The position numbers and the translations under genes were made by a program. Under the pieces are notes generated by a model. The model did no database searches. It was not told where the DNA came from and was given only the letters and a program-made list of their open reading frames with translations. From Planctomycetota bacterium (GTDB taxonomy: Bacteria > Planctomycetota > UBA8108), in contig CBFHWB010000002.1 in the NCBI GenBank assembly GCA_965659285.1, positions 3,435 to 67,434 of the forward strand: a DNA stretch of 64,000 nt. The letters run 5' to 3'. This document shows, one piece after another, positions 20,150 through 29,988 of the stretch; the stretch's first letter is position 1, and each line of letters starts with the position of its first letter.

Positions 20150-21190
20150 ATGAAAGGTAACCAAGGCGTGTTTAGTTTGTCTGATTCAAGGTCTCTCGAA
20201 CACCCGGGCAGGACGGCGCGATCCGCGTTGTGGGCTTGCCTGGCGCTGTCCGCGGTTTTTTTCATGGCTGTTCCGGGCGAGCCCGTGTGGGCCGCGGAGG
20301 AAAAGCCGGCCGGGAAGAAGGAGGCCAAGCCGGGCAAAAAACCCGCCGCGGCCAAGCCGCTGAGCGTTACGCAGCTTGCCCAGCTCAACTCGGCAGCTCT
20401 TTTCGGGGTTCCTTTCAAGATCAACAAGGGCCGCTTCTCGGTGACTTATCCAGGGGCGGGCGAGTTTGATAAGGCCTTCACCACCCGCGGCCGCGGCCGC
20501 GGCGGGGTGATCGCGAACATCTCCGAGGTGAAGAATGCGAGCTATCGCAAGCTGTTGATCGATGGGCATTCCAAAGGGAAAGCCACCCTGGTTGGAATGC
20601 TGGGCGGCTCAGCGTTGTCAAATTTTGAGCTCGTGGATGATTACAAGATCAGTTTTCGATTGCGGATTCCCCGCGTCGATGGGCGCTCGCGCTTCTCCTT
20701 CCTGTTGAACCACCATGGAAGCGATTTTGTTCAGACGAATTTCTTTCAGGATATCGTTATCCCTGCCAAGAAGAGCAGGGTGCGGTCGAAGAACAAAAAG
20801 TTTCTCGTACCCGCCTCCCGCTGGTTTGACAAGGGACCGCAGGGTATGCCCGTATCGATTGTCTGCAAGGGCGGGAAGATCTCCATTAGCGTAGGTGTTC
20901 TGAACGGCAAAAAAGAGCCGATGGTCGAGGTTGTCTCGACAGAGGTCGCCGAACCCGGACCCGGCAAGATCGGCTTCACCTTCGAAGGAGTCTCCTTCAT
21001 GATGTCGAGCCTTAGAATCGACGGCAAATTCCCAAGCGCCTGGGCCGAGAAGCGGATGGCGGTCTTGAAAAGAGCAGGGAAGCTGATTACCAAGCTGCCC
21101 GAAAAGAAGGCGCAGCCTGCTAAGAAAGGGCCTCCCAAGAAAGGACCGGACCTCTCCAGGCCGGATCCGGAAGCAGAAGAGGAGCTATGA
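20150..21190 (+). CDS. secreted hypothetical protein, Lys/Pro-rich at both ends
   Basis: Signal peptide. The central region has no family I can name. The C-terminal tail is KK-rich. Confidence 0.4.
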   Translation: MKGNQGVFSLSDSRSLEHPGRTARSALWACLALSAVFFMAVPGEPVWAAEEKPAGKKEAKPGKKPAAAKPLSVTQLAQLNSAALFGVPFKINKGRFSVTYPGAGEFDKAFTTRGRGRGGVIANISEVKNASYRKLLIDGHSKGKATLVGMLGGSALSNFELVDDYKISFRLRIPRVDGRSRFSFLLNHHGSDFVQTNFFQDIVIPAKKSRVRSKNKKFLVPASRWFDKGPQGMPVSIVCKGGKISISVGVLNGKKEPMVEVVSTEVAEPGPGKIGFTFEGVSFMMSSLRIDGKFPSAWAEKRMAVLKRAGKLITKLPEKKAQPAKKGPPKKGPDLSRPDPEAEEEL

Positions 21191-21320
21191 GGTTCTCGCC
21201 CGGCATGTTCACGATCGTTAACAGCCGTACAGATCCGCGGCTATCTTCTCAACCAGGGTTTTCACGAGCAGCCGAGTTCTTTTCGAGCCAGCCCCTCTCC
21301 CTCTCATTCAAGGTGCGGCT

Positions 21321-23267
21321 TTGATGGCAGAGCAGGAAGCACAGCCAGGCGGAGAAGCGGCCGTGGATGAAGATTCGAAGACCGTAAAAGAAGCGCCATC
21401 CGGGAAAGAAAAGCCCAAGGGTAAGCGGTTCGACGGCTTTGATCTCCCCGACGATGTCGTTTCCAGTCTCAAGGAGATGGGCATCAGCCACTGTACCCCT
21501 ATCCAGGAGAAGGTTATCGAGCCGATTCTCGCCGGGGGAGACATCATAGGAAAGGCCGAGACCGGTACCGGCAAGACGATTGGTTTCGGGGCTCCGCTGG
21601 TAGCGAAGATCGACACCCAACGGGTCGCTGTCCAGGGCATCGTGCTGACTCCGACTCGTGAACTGGCCCAGCAGGTGGCGGAGGTGGTAGAGGCTATCGG
21701 AAAAGGACGAGAGCTGAGGGTGGTTCTCCTGGTTGGCGGAGTTCATGCCAGCGGGCAGATAGCGAAATTGCGCAAGGGTTCACAGCTGGTGGTCGGGACT
21801 CCGGGCCGAGTGCTTGATCTCCTCAAGGAGCGGATCCTGTCGCTGGGCTGGTGTGAGAATGTCGTTCTCGATGAGGCCGACCGGATGCTGGACATGGGCT
21901 TCATTGACGAGGTGGGAGCTATCCTTGACAAGATTCCTCCCGAGCGCCAGACCCTGCTCTTTTCCGCCACGATACCGGACGGCATGAAGAAACTGCTTGG
22001 GCGCTACATGAAGGATCCCAAGACGTTCTCGACCTCGAGAGGCCTCGCGACCGTCCCCGATATCACGCAGGGCTATCGCTCCCTTTCGCCGCATCAGAAG
22101 CTCAACGCCCTTCGCAGAATACTCGACGGCCATCCGGACGATACAGCGATTATCTTCTGCAATACCAAGCGCCAGGTTATCGATCTCGATCGCATGCTCT
22201 GGGGCAACGGCTACAGCGCGGGTTGCCTGCATGGAGACCAGACCCAGGATCTGCGTTTCACGATCATGGATAAGTTTCGCTCGGGAGACATCAAGGTCCT
22301 TGTCGCCACGGATGTCGCCTCCAGGGGTCTTGATATCGAGTCGGTCTCGCGTGTTATCAATTACGATGTTCCGGAGGAGAGCGAGTCCTATGTCCATCGC
22401 ATTGGCAGAACGGGCCGGGCGAATAAGACAGGGATCGCCATCACGTTCGTTACTCCCAAGGACCGACGGTATTGGGAGCAGGTTGTGAAAGATACCAGGT
22501 TTAAAATATCCAATCTCGCAAGAGAGAAAGGACGCCGCATGGGGAACACTCCAGAGCGTGGCGAAGGATCCAGCAATAAAAATGAACGTTCCGGGCCGAA
22601 ACCTCGCAAGCGCCGCCGACGAAGAGGCCGCAAGAAGGGCGGCAGCGGGCAAGGTAGTGGCAAGGGCAGCACAGCGAAGTCAGGTGAGGGACGTCGCCGG
22701 GAAGCCTCGAATTCTTCCGGACAGGGGGAGGATCAAGGCGGGCGTTCACGCCGAAAGCGTTCATCGCGCCGACGCCGCGGAAAGCGGTCAGGAGATGATG
22801 GTCCAAAGCCGCCTAAGATGGAGCCTGAATTCGGCAGCATGGAGGAGATGGAGGAGACCATCGCCGAGGTCAAGGCCCTCAACGAGGAAAAAAGGAAGCG
22901 CCAGCAGAGCCGCCCGGACAAGATCAGCCTTGATGTGGTGGACGACGACTATCTGAAAGAGGAATATTTCGACATCGATTCAGAGGTTCTCGAACGAGCC
23001 GATTCGGTCTCGCCCAGGAAACCCAGAACGCAGGAGCAGGGAAAGAAGAGCGGGGGCGATGGCAAGCGCCGTCGGCGGCGCAGGAGGTCGCGCTCTCGAG
23101 GCGGCGGCCGGGCTCGCGGCGGCGGTGGAAGATCAGATGGTGAGAAGTCCGGCGGCGAGCAATCTTCCGATGGCTCCCGCCGCAAGCGCCGGCCTCGCAG
23201 GAGAAGGCGTCGGCGCGGCCGTGGCGGAGGTGGAGGCGGCAGCGGTGAAGCCGGCGGAGAGTCCTGA
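21321..23267 (+). CDS. DEAD-box ATP-dependent RNA helicase with long C-terminal Arg/Gly/Ser-rich tail
   Basis: Q motif, motif I (AETGTGKT), DEAD (DEADRMLDMGF), SAT and the HRIGRTGR motif. About 200 aa of RG-rich tail. Confidence 0.9.
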   Translation: MMAEQEAQPGGEAAVDEDSKTVKEAPSGKEKPKGKRFDGFDLPDDVVSSLKEMGISHCTPIQEKVIEPILAGGDIIGKAETGTGKTIGFGAPLVAKIDTQRVAVQGIVLTPTRELAQQVAEVVEAIGKGRELRVVLLVGGVHASGQIAKLRKGSQLVVGTPGRVLDLLKERILSLGWCENVVLDEADRMLDMGFIDEVGAILDKIPPERQTLLFSATIPDGMKKLLGRYMKDPKTFSTSRGLATVPDITQGYRSLSPHQKLNALRRILDGHPDDTAIIFCNTKRQVIDLDRMLWGNGYSAGCLHGDQTQDLRFTIMDKFRSGDIKVLVATDVASRGLDIESVSRVINYDVPEESESYVHRIGRTGRANKTGIAITFVTPKDRRYWEQVVKDTRFKISNLAREKGRRMGNTPERGEGSSNKNERSGPKPRKRRRRRGRKKGGSGQGSGKGSTAKSGEGRRREASNSSGQGEDQGGRSRRKRSSRRRRGKRSGDDGPKPPKMEPEFGSMEEMEETIAEVKALNEEKRKRQQSRPDKISLDVVDDDYLKEEYFDIDSEVLERADSVSPRKPRTQEQGKKSGGDGKRRRRRRRSRSRGGGRARGGGGRSDGEKSGGEQSSDGSRRKRRPRRRRRRRGRGGGGGGSGEAGGES

Positions 23268-23375
23268 GGTCCACCTTCTGAGTGATTCCACGTCAGCTTT
23301 CTGATATCCTCCCGTTCAGGTAATTCCGCTGCAGACGCTCCTGTCCGCTAACGCATTTCAAGAGGACGACCCCAC

Positions 23376-25532
23376 ATGAAAGAGCTCTTTGCCTCCCCTG
23401 GGAGCCTGTCCGGGCTAAGCCTGGCGCTTCTTTTTTTCGTTGTCCCTGTTTTCGCCCAGGATCTGGCGGCAGCCACGAAGACGGATCCAGTGGTCACCGA
23501 CCTCTCGGGTACCTGGCAAGTCAAGATGGCTCTTCCCGCGGGAGAGAAGCCAGGGGAGAGCGGTGAAAAGATCTATACCCTGCAGGTAGAGGGTACTGAA
23601 AAGGTCGCTATTCGGAGTCCGGACCAGGGTCCGCTCGAGGTCACCGATGTTCTGGTAAGCGGCGGCGATCTGCAGATCTACTTCAACTATTCCCCTGTTA
23701 AGGGGGAGCCGGGAAATTCTGTTGAGTTGAAGGGGTCCGTGGATGAAAAAGGCAATCTCGCCGGCACCTGGCAGTTCCTGGTAACCGGCCAATCCGGTGA
23801 ATGGACGGCTGTGGGGGAAGGGAACGCGGGGCGTCCCGCCGCAGGCAATGTCGCGCTCGTGAAGGCGCAAAAGGACACCGGGGCCGCTGCAGACGATGAG
23901 GCCGCGCCCGCGGAGGTGGAGAAAGATGAAGAGTCTGCCTCGGCGGATGAGGCTGTACCGGTGGCGGAGGGCGAGAAAGCCGCTGCCCCAGAGAGCTTCG
24001 AGGCAAAGTTGGACTATTTCTTCGGGTACTATGGCGTAAAGCCGCTCAGCAGTGTCCTGTTCTGGAAACCCATCGCCGGGGTCCCGCTGATTGTGGCCTG
24101 GCTTTTATTTGGCGCATTATTTTTCACCCTGAAAATGAAGTTCGTCAACTTCCGCCTCTTTCGCCATGCCATCGACCTTGTACGTGGCAAATACGATGAG
24201 CCTGGCAGCGTGGGCGAGGTTACCCACTTCCAGGCATTGAGCACGGCACTTTCGGCCACGGTGGGTCTCGGAAATATTGCCGGTGTCGCTATTGCGATTG
24301 GAATTGGAGGGCCTGGAGCGACTTTCTGGATGATAGTCATCGGGTTGCTCGGCATGACTGCCAAGTTTACCGAGTGTACGCTCGGTCAGAAATACCGCCA
24401 GGTTCGAAGTGACGGAAAGATCATGGGTGGAGCGATGTATTACCTCTCCGATGGCCTCAAAGAGATCGGGCTCAAACCTCTTGGCGGGGTGCTGGCGGTC
24501 CTGTTTTGTATCCTCTGTATAGGGGCGTCCTTTGGGGGCGGTAACGCTTTCCAGGTAGTGCAGTCACTGGGAGTTATCAAGACCGTGGTGCCAAAGTTCG
24601 TCGAATTTCCCTGGGTCTACGGGTTGATTATGACGCTGCTCGGTGGAGTGGTCATTATTGGCGGCATCAGGAGTATTGCCAGGGTTGCGGAGAAGATCGT
24701 TCCCTTGATGTGTGGAATCTATATCCTCGCCAGCCTGATCATTCTGTTCATGAATTTCGGGGCCATACCGGATGCGATAGCCCAGATTTTCTCCGGGGCC
24801 TTTAATCCGGATCCAGCTGATACTTTTAAACCAGTCGAGGGTGGAATCATTGGAGTGTTGGTGATTGGTATCCAGCGCGCGGTCTTCTCCAACGAAGCGG
24901 GTGTGGGGTCGGCTGCTATCGCGCATTCGGCGGCTAAGGTGAAACACCCGGTAGAGGAGGGGGTTGTCGCCCTTCTTGAGCCGTTCATAGATACCGTGGT
25001 GGTTTGTACCATGACGGCCCTGGTTATCATTATTACTGGCGCCCATATTGCTCCGGAAAATGCGGAGATCGTCGCCAGCTCGAATGGCGGCATGCTGACC
25101 TCCCAGGCTTTTGGAAGCCAGATCGCGTGGTTTCCTGAGATTCTTGCCGTAGCGGTATTTCTTTTCGCCTTCTCGACCATGATTTCCTGGTCTTACTACG
25201 GTGAGCGTTGCTGGGCCTGGCTGTTCGGTGATGGCTCCTCGATGATTTACCGTGTCCTCTTCCTGATTTTTACCTTTCTGGGATCGATTGTCACGGCCAC
25301 CAACATTCTTGATTTCAGCGATCTGATGATCCTGGGGATGGCCTTGCCGAATGTTCTTGGCGTCATTCTTCTAAGCGGCCTGGTTAGTCGAGACCTCAAA
25401 GAATATACCGGCATGCTGAGTCGTGGAGAGCTCGATCCCGGCTCTTCCGATGGTGGGGAGGAAGCTGCTACCGCGGAAGAGGTTGGAAAGCAAGAGACCG
25501 ATGGCTCCGCGGATGAAGCTCCAGAGGCCTGA
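23376..25532 (+). CDS. alanine/glycine:cation symporter (AGCS) family transporter with about 200-aa secreted N-terminal extension and acidic C-terminal tail
   Basis: The core shows AGCS-family homology (region GLGNIAGVAIAIGIGGPGATFWM). At the N-terminus there is a signal peptide plus a domain with two GTWQ motifs before the first TM helix. Confidence 0.8.
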   Translation: MKELFASPGSLSGLSLALLFFVVPVFAQDLAAATKTDPVVTDLSGTWQVKMALPAGEKPGESGEKIYTLQVEGTEKVAIRSPDQGPLEVTDVLVSGGDLQIYFNYSPVKGEPGNSVELKGSVDEKGNLAGTWQFLVTGQSGEWTAVGEGNAGRPAAGNVALVKAQKDTGAAADDEAAPAEVEKDEESASADEAVPVAEGEKAAAPESFEAKLDYFFGYYGVKPLSSVLFWKPIAGVPLIVAWLLFGALFFTLKMKFVNFRLFRHAIDLVRGKYDEPGSVGEVTHFQALSTALSATVGLGNIAGVAIAIGIGGPGATFWMIVIGLLGMTAKFTECTLGQKYRQVRSDGKIMGGAMYYLSDGLKEIGLKPLGGVLAVLFCILCIGASFGGGNAFQVVQSLGVIKTVVPKFVEFPWVYGLIMTLLGGVVIIGGIRSIARVAEKIVPLMCGIYILASLIILFMNFGAIPDAIAQIFSGAFNPDPADTFKPVEGGIIGVLVIGIQRAVFSNEAGVGSAAIAHSAAKVKHPVEEGVVALLEPFIDTVVVCTMTALVIIITGAHIAPENAEIVASSNGGMLTSQAFGSQIAWFPEILAVAVFLFAFSTMISWSYYGERCWAWLFGDGSSMIYRVLFLIFTFLGSIVTATNILDFSDLMILGMALPNVLGVILLSGLVSRDLKEYTGMLSRGELDPGSSDGGEEAATAEEVGKQETDGSADEAPEA

Positions 25533-25616
25533 TTGCATCGTCTGGCGGCATCCCCTAAAATTCATCAGTGCTCCAGGGGGAGCAGCCAACTTTTTGACAG
25601 CAGTGGATTGAGCGAT

Positions 25617-25955
25617 ATGCCAAAGATCACGTTTACCCGGGAAAAAAAGACCGTTGAATGCGAAGAGGGCGAGAAGTTGCGTAATGTGGCTATCGCTAAT
25701 GAGATCCAGCTCTACCCGGGCATCAAGAGTGTCCTGAACTGTCGAGGTTTCGGTCAATGCGGCGAATGCCGGGTTCACGTTACCAAGGGTATGGAGAATC
25801 TCGCTCCCAAGACCCTGCTCGAAAAGATCCGCATCGCCGTCAGCTGGTTCAAGATCGGCAACGAGGACAAGGTCCGGCTCTCCTGCCAGTCCAGGGTGAT
25901 GGGTGACTGCGATATCGAGACCCAGCCGGATTTCAACTGGTTCGGTGAACGGTAA
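25617..25955 (+). CDS. 2Fe-2S ferredoxin-like protein
   Basis: Start at MPKITFT. Has the C-x4-C-x2-C...C cluster-ligand pattern (NCRGFGQCGEC ... GDCD). Confidence 0.6.
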   Translation: MPKITFTREKKTVECEEGEKLRNVAIANEIQLYPGIKSVLNCRGFGQCGECRVHVTKGMENLAPKTLLEKIRIAVSWFKIGNEDKVRLSCQSRVMGDCDIETQPDFNWFGER

Positions 25956-25964
25956 CCGGGTCCC

Positions 25965-26921
25965 TTGAGTTCCGCCTACTACGAGCTCCTCAAGGGGATC
26001 GAGACGCGGCTCAAGGCGGGCATCCCGCTGAGAGATGCCCTGGAGGGATTGGAGACGGATGGGAGGGGCTCCCTGGCCGCTCTTGCGGGAGCGCTTCGCT
26101 CCCGGATCGAGGCGGGCGCCACGCTGGCCCAGGCTCTTGGTGACCTTCCGGCATCTACGCCTCCGGCTCACGCCGCCCTTATCGATGCGGGCGAGAGCTC
26201 CGGTCGCCTCGATGAGACCCTTGCCGATATCATCGCGGAGGAGAACATCCTGGCCGATGCCCGCCGCCGCCTGCAGCTAAGGCTCGCATATCCCCTGCTG
26301 ATCTGCTGTCTCGCTTTTCTGCTGCCGTTTCTCTACCTGGTCTTTCAAGGGCGCACTCGCGAGTACCTGTTGATCCAGGCCTGTTTCTTCGGTCCGCTTG
26401 GGGTTCTCCTGTTGCTGGTGTTTTTTCGTCACCGGTTTTTCCCGCGCGGCTCGAACCCGCGCCTGCTCTTCGAACGCATCGTGCTCGTTGTTCCATTTTT
26501 CGGCAGGCTTGCCCAGGAATACGCCCTCGCCGGTTCTCTGCAATTGCTCGGCCGCCTGCTGCAGGCAGGGCTGGGTTATGCCGATGGCCTGCCGCTTGTC
26601 AGCGAGGCGGCCGGCCTGCATCGGCTCTCGCTGCAATTCAAGGAGATGGCCGCCCGGATCGCGGACGGAGCCAGCGCCTCCGAGGGGCTCAGCCGCATCG
26701 AGGGGATCCCCCTGGAGCTGCGTTCGCGGCTGGCCTCAGGCGATGTTTCCGGGACGATGGACCATGCCCTGGTAAAATCCGGGACCGAGTTGCGTGAGGC
26801 CGCTCTCGCCCGACTGGAAACAGTCGTCAAGGTCCTGCCGATTCTGGCGTACCTGCTTGCCGCGGGCCTCGTCTTGTGGCGCGCGGTGTCCGTTTTCTCC
26901 GCTCTTCCCGGAGGATTTTGA
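25965..26921 (+). CDS. type II secretion system F (GspF/PilC/TadB-like) domain membrane protein
   Basis: Two T2SSF-type cytoplasmic repeats (GIPLRDALEGL...GATLAQALGDLP...IDAGESSGRLDETLADI, and a second repeat) separated by TM helices, three TM in total. There is no partner ATPase or pilin nearby. Confidence 0.6.
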   Translation: MSSAYYELLKGIETRLKAGIPLRDALEGLETDGRGSLAALAGALRSRIEAGATLAQALGDLPASTPPAHAALIDAGESSGRLDETLADIIAEENILADARRRLQLRLAYPLLICCLAFLLPFLYLVFQGRTREYLLIQACFFGPLGVLLLLVFFRHRFFPRGSNPRLLFERIVLVVPFFGRLAQEYALAGSLQLLGRLLQAGLGYADGLPLVSEAAGLHRLSLQFKEMAARIADGASASEGLSRIEGIPLELRSRLASGDVSGTMDHALVKSGTELREAALARLETVVKVLPILAYLLAAGLVLWRAVSVFSALPGGF

Positions 26922-27397
26922 TGCCTTCAGCCAGGAAGAAGTACCTTCGTCTTTTCGCTCTCTGCGCCCTCTTCGTGGTCGTCATCATCGGAATTGGCAG
27001 TTGTCGCGAGATTCCTCCCGAGCTCCCGGACGACCGGGATGTTCTCAAGGTGGCGGGTTGGCCTGCTCCAACGGTATACGATGACGACCCCTTGCATCCG
27101 GCCAACCGCTGGTACCAGCGATCCTTCGCTCCTCGCGACGGGCTTGGCAGGATTCTCGCGCTCGATGGAACGAAGAACCCCTCACGCCTGGAAAACCCGG
27201 GCGCCCTCGATCGGGCGGAGATCAGGTCGCTTCTCGAGGCGCTTGGAACTGAACCGCCGGAGGAGGAAAAGGGTCGTGCCCGCTGTCGCAGGGACCTGCT
27301 CGCCCAGGCCGAATACTGGGGCGAGCGCGATACCGACCTCGCGGCCCTGCACAGGAAGACGGCCGAAAAGCTCGCTCCATCAGGGAAGGATCCCTGA
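26921..27397 (+). CDS. lipoprotein, hypothetical
   Basis: Start at MPSARKK, overlapping the upstream stop (TGATG). Lipobox ...GIGSC. Confidence 0.4.
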   Translation: MPSARKKYLRLFALCALFVVVIIGIGSCREIPPELPDDRDVLKVAGWPAPTVYDDDPLHPANRWYQRSFAPRDGLGRILALDGTKNPSRLENPGALDRAEIRSLLEALGTEPPEEEKGRARCRRDLLAQAEYWGERDTDLAALHRKTAEKLAPSGKDP

Positions 27398-27411
27398 GCC
27401 GGCGGCTGACC

Positions 27412-28608
27412 TCAGATCTCGATGCGCACCAGCTCCTCCTGGTGAGGGGGACCGGTTACCTCGGCGCCCTGCCCGGTATGGTACACATCAACCTCGCTGC
27501 GGATGCCGATCCGCTTGTCCGGCATGTAGATGCCCGGCTCGACCGTGAACAGGGTTCCGGGGATCAGCTTGCGATCGTCGTAGGTTTCGAAGTCATCGAG
27601 GTGCGCGCCATTGCCGTGAATGCACTCGTGGAGGCTGTGTCCGGTGCGGTGGACAAAATACTCTCCATATCCCGCCTCCGTGATCACCCCGCGGGTGACA
27701 CGGTCGAGATCGCAGCCGCGAATCTCTTCGCCGCTCGAGAAGGCCTCGTGCGCTCGCTCGCAGGCGGCCTTGCGCGAGTCGCGCACGACCTCGAAGACCT
27801 TGAGCATCTCTTCCGGGGGTTCGCTCCCGATAAAGGCGCACCAGGTGATGTCAGCGTAGATCGATCCGGGGGGCGTTTCTTTTGCCCAGACATCGAAGAG
27901 CAGCAGGTCCCCGGGGTGGACCTCGGCTGAATTTTCCGCTGGAACCTCGAAGTGGGGATCAGCGGCATGTTCGTTGACCCCGACGATGGGGTCGTGATCA
28001 TTTTCGAAGCCGCCTTCGCGAATTCTCTTGTTGGCGTAGTCGCAGATGTCGCGTTCGGTGATGGTCCTGCCGGCGCGCAGCGTATCACCCACAAGAGCGA
28101 AGACCTCATCGACAATGCCGCGAACATGGGCGCCCGCCCGGCGATGGCTCTCCAGTTGCTCGGGACTGAGGACGGATTCAAAGACCTGGATGAGTTCCCC
28201 GCTGGTGACCACCTCGACACCCTTGCCGCGTACTTTTTCAACCGTTCCGGCATCGACCCTGGAGACGTAGGGGTTGTCGGTGGCGTAGTTCATCGCGACC
28301 TTTGAGCTTCCCGAGAGGATCTTCTCGAGCGCGGCATCGAGGGACTGCCTGGTTCCGTAGATTGTTTTTGAACCCGGCAGATGGTCGAGGGCTGCGGTCT
28401 CGATGGCATGGACCAGCTTGGAGGGTTCTCCTTCCGCCGGAACGAAAAAGAACCACCTGCGAGTACCCATCTTGCCGGAGGCGAAGCGGAGGATGCTGTG
28501 GGCGATGGGGTCCAGGCCGCGGAAGTCATAGAAGAGCCAGCCGTCAAGGCCGGCCTCTTTGAGCTCAGCCTGCATCTTTTCGAGTTCGAAGGGTTTTGAG
28601 TTGTCCAC
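27412..28608 (-). CDS. M24 family metallopeptidase (Xaa-Pro aminopeptidase/prolidase-like)
   Basis: Creatinase-like N-domain plus a pita-bread C-domain, with metal ligands in HRTGHSLHE...E context. Confidence 0.8.
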   Translation of the reverse strand: MDNSKPFELEKMQAELKEAGLDGWLFYDFRGLDPIAHSILRFASGKMGTRRWFFFVPAEGEPSKLVHAIETAALDHLPGSKTIYGTRQSLDAALEKILSGSSKVAMNYATDNPYVSRVDAGTVEKVRGKGVEVVTSGELIQVFESVLSPEQLESHRRAGAHVRGIVDEVFALVGDTLRAGRTITERDICDYANKRIREGGFENDHDPIVGVNEHAADPHFEVPAENSAEVHPGDLLLFDVWAKETPPGSIYADITWCAFIGSEPPEEMLKVFEVVRDSRKAACERAHEAFSSGEEIRGCDLDRVTRGVITEAGYGEYFVHRTGHSLHECIHGNGAHLDDFETYDDRKLIPGTLFTVEPGIYMPDKRIGIRSEVDVYHTGQGAEVTGPPHQEELVRIEI

Positions 28609-28728
28609 TTGCGGGATCTCCCTGTCTTGTTTTGCTGTATAGAATTCCGGGGAATCCTGATCATAACAGAATCCGCCTCTGCAGAGGTCGTACTTCCTTA
28701 GCGGATTATCCTGTGACGCACCGGCTGT

Positions 28729-29988
28729 TCAGCGCGGCTCCGCCCCGACACCGGGGAATGGAGCCGGGGGTTGGGGGCCTCCCCTGTAGAGGAAGTTCAG
28801 GAGGTAGACGGGGTCCGCGAGGTCCAGGGCTCCATCGGCGTTGATGTCGGAGGCCTCGTTGATTCGGGGACGTTCGCCATCGAGGAAAAGATAGGCGATC
28901 ACGAAGACTGCGTCGCTCAGGTTAACGGTCTCATCTCCATTGGCATCGCTTCGCAGGAAGTGAAGCTCAGGGGTAAAACGAGTGACTCCCGAGGCATCGA
29001 CGTAGTTTCCGTAGCTTGCCAGGAGGGAGCCGCCCTGTTGCCCGGCTCCGGGCTCAAAGCTTTCGCTGCCGGCGTTCGCGGCAAGGTAGATCATGCCTCC
29101 TCCCGGTTCCGTTCCGATGGACAGGCGGGCGAAGGCGTTTCTGGAAAAAGCCATGCCGGGATCGATGGTGTCGATAGATCCCACGCCGCTCCGGAAGCCG
29201 AGGCTCGTTGCGTAGAGCTTGTCGTCAAGCCAGGCGAGGTCGTAATAACCGCCCATTCCCGCACAGAGGAGCTCGCCATCGGTGAGCTGGAGGGGGGCTC
29301 TTTCGCCTACCGCCGCGGCGAGCTGCGCGGGACTGAAACGCACGAGCTTTTCCGCTGCCATCCCTGTCTCGCTGTCGGTCAGGCCGGAGGTCACCAGGTA
29401 GAGGTTGCCGGCCGGGTCGAAGGTGATGGGGCCTGAGAATGGAGAGATGTCGGCGACAACCTCTTCGTTGGGAGTCTCCGGGTCATCGTCCAGGAGCCAC
29501 ACGGAGTTGCCTGGAGAAGCTCCCAGGCCGGAGATGAAACCTCTTCCGGCTATCTCCCGGCGGGCGGCCCGCGGGGCGAAGACCATGTCAAAGTTGAAGC
29601 CGATCCTGTCGACAAGCTGCGCGCCGCTTCCGTCAAGAGGCACCCTGTAGATGTTCTGTTCCGAACTTTCTCCGAACCAGGCGTTGAGACCCCCAGGCTC
29701 CATGACCAGGAAGGATCCAAAAACAGCCGGCTGAAAGGAAGCTAGAACTCTGCTTCCGTCTTTACAGTGAATCCGGATCTCGCCGCCTTCACTGACGATG
29801 GGCTCCCCTTCGGGCGAGAACGCAAGCCCTCCGAGCTGGAGTGCGAAGGGGGCGCCCGCATCGTAGCTGAAGAGCTGCTCCGCTTCGAATCCCTCGGCGA
29901 GTTCATAGGTTACCTGCGCATGGAGAAGGTCTGTATGGATCAGGGTGAGGACCATGCCCGTCAGCACGACCATCAGAAAGTCTCTCAT
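28729..29988 (-). CDS. secreted protein with C-terminal dockerin-like module
   Basis: Start at MRDFLMVVLTGMVLTLIHTDLLHA (signal peptide). The tool ORF extends 93 codons upstream without support. The C-terminus has duplicated D.N.DG..D..D calcium-binding segments ending PQPPAPFPGVG, paralleling the tail of the 9692-11485 protein. Confidence 0.5.
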   Translation of the reverse strand: MRDFLMVVLTGMVLTLIHTDLLHAQVTYELAEGFEAEQLFSYDAGAPFALQLGGLAFSPEGEPIVSEGGEIRIHCKDGSRVLASFQPAVFGSFLVMEPGGLNAWFGESSEQNIYRVPLDGSGAQLVDRIGFNFDMVFAPRAARREIAGRGFISGLGASPGNSVWLLDDDPETPNEEVVADISPFSGPITFDPAGNLYLVTSGLTDSETGMAAEKLVRFSPAQLAAAVGERAPLQLTDGELLCAGMGGYYDLAWLDDKLYATSLGFRSGVGSIDTIDPGMAFSRNAFARLSIGTEPGGGMIYLAANAGSESFEPGAGQQGGSLLASYGNYVDASGVTRFTPELHFLRSDANGDETVNLSDAVFVIAYLFLDGERPRINEASDINADGALDLADPVYLLNFLYRGGPQPPAPFPGVGAEPR

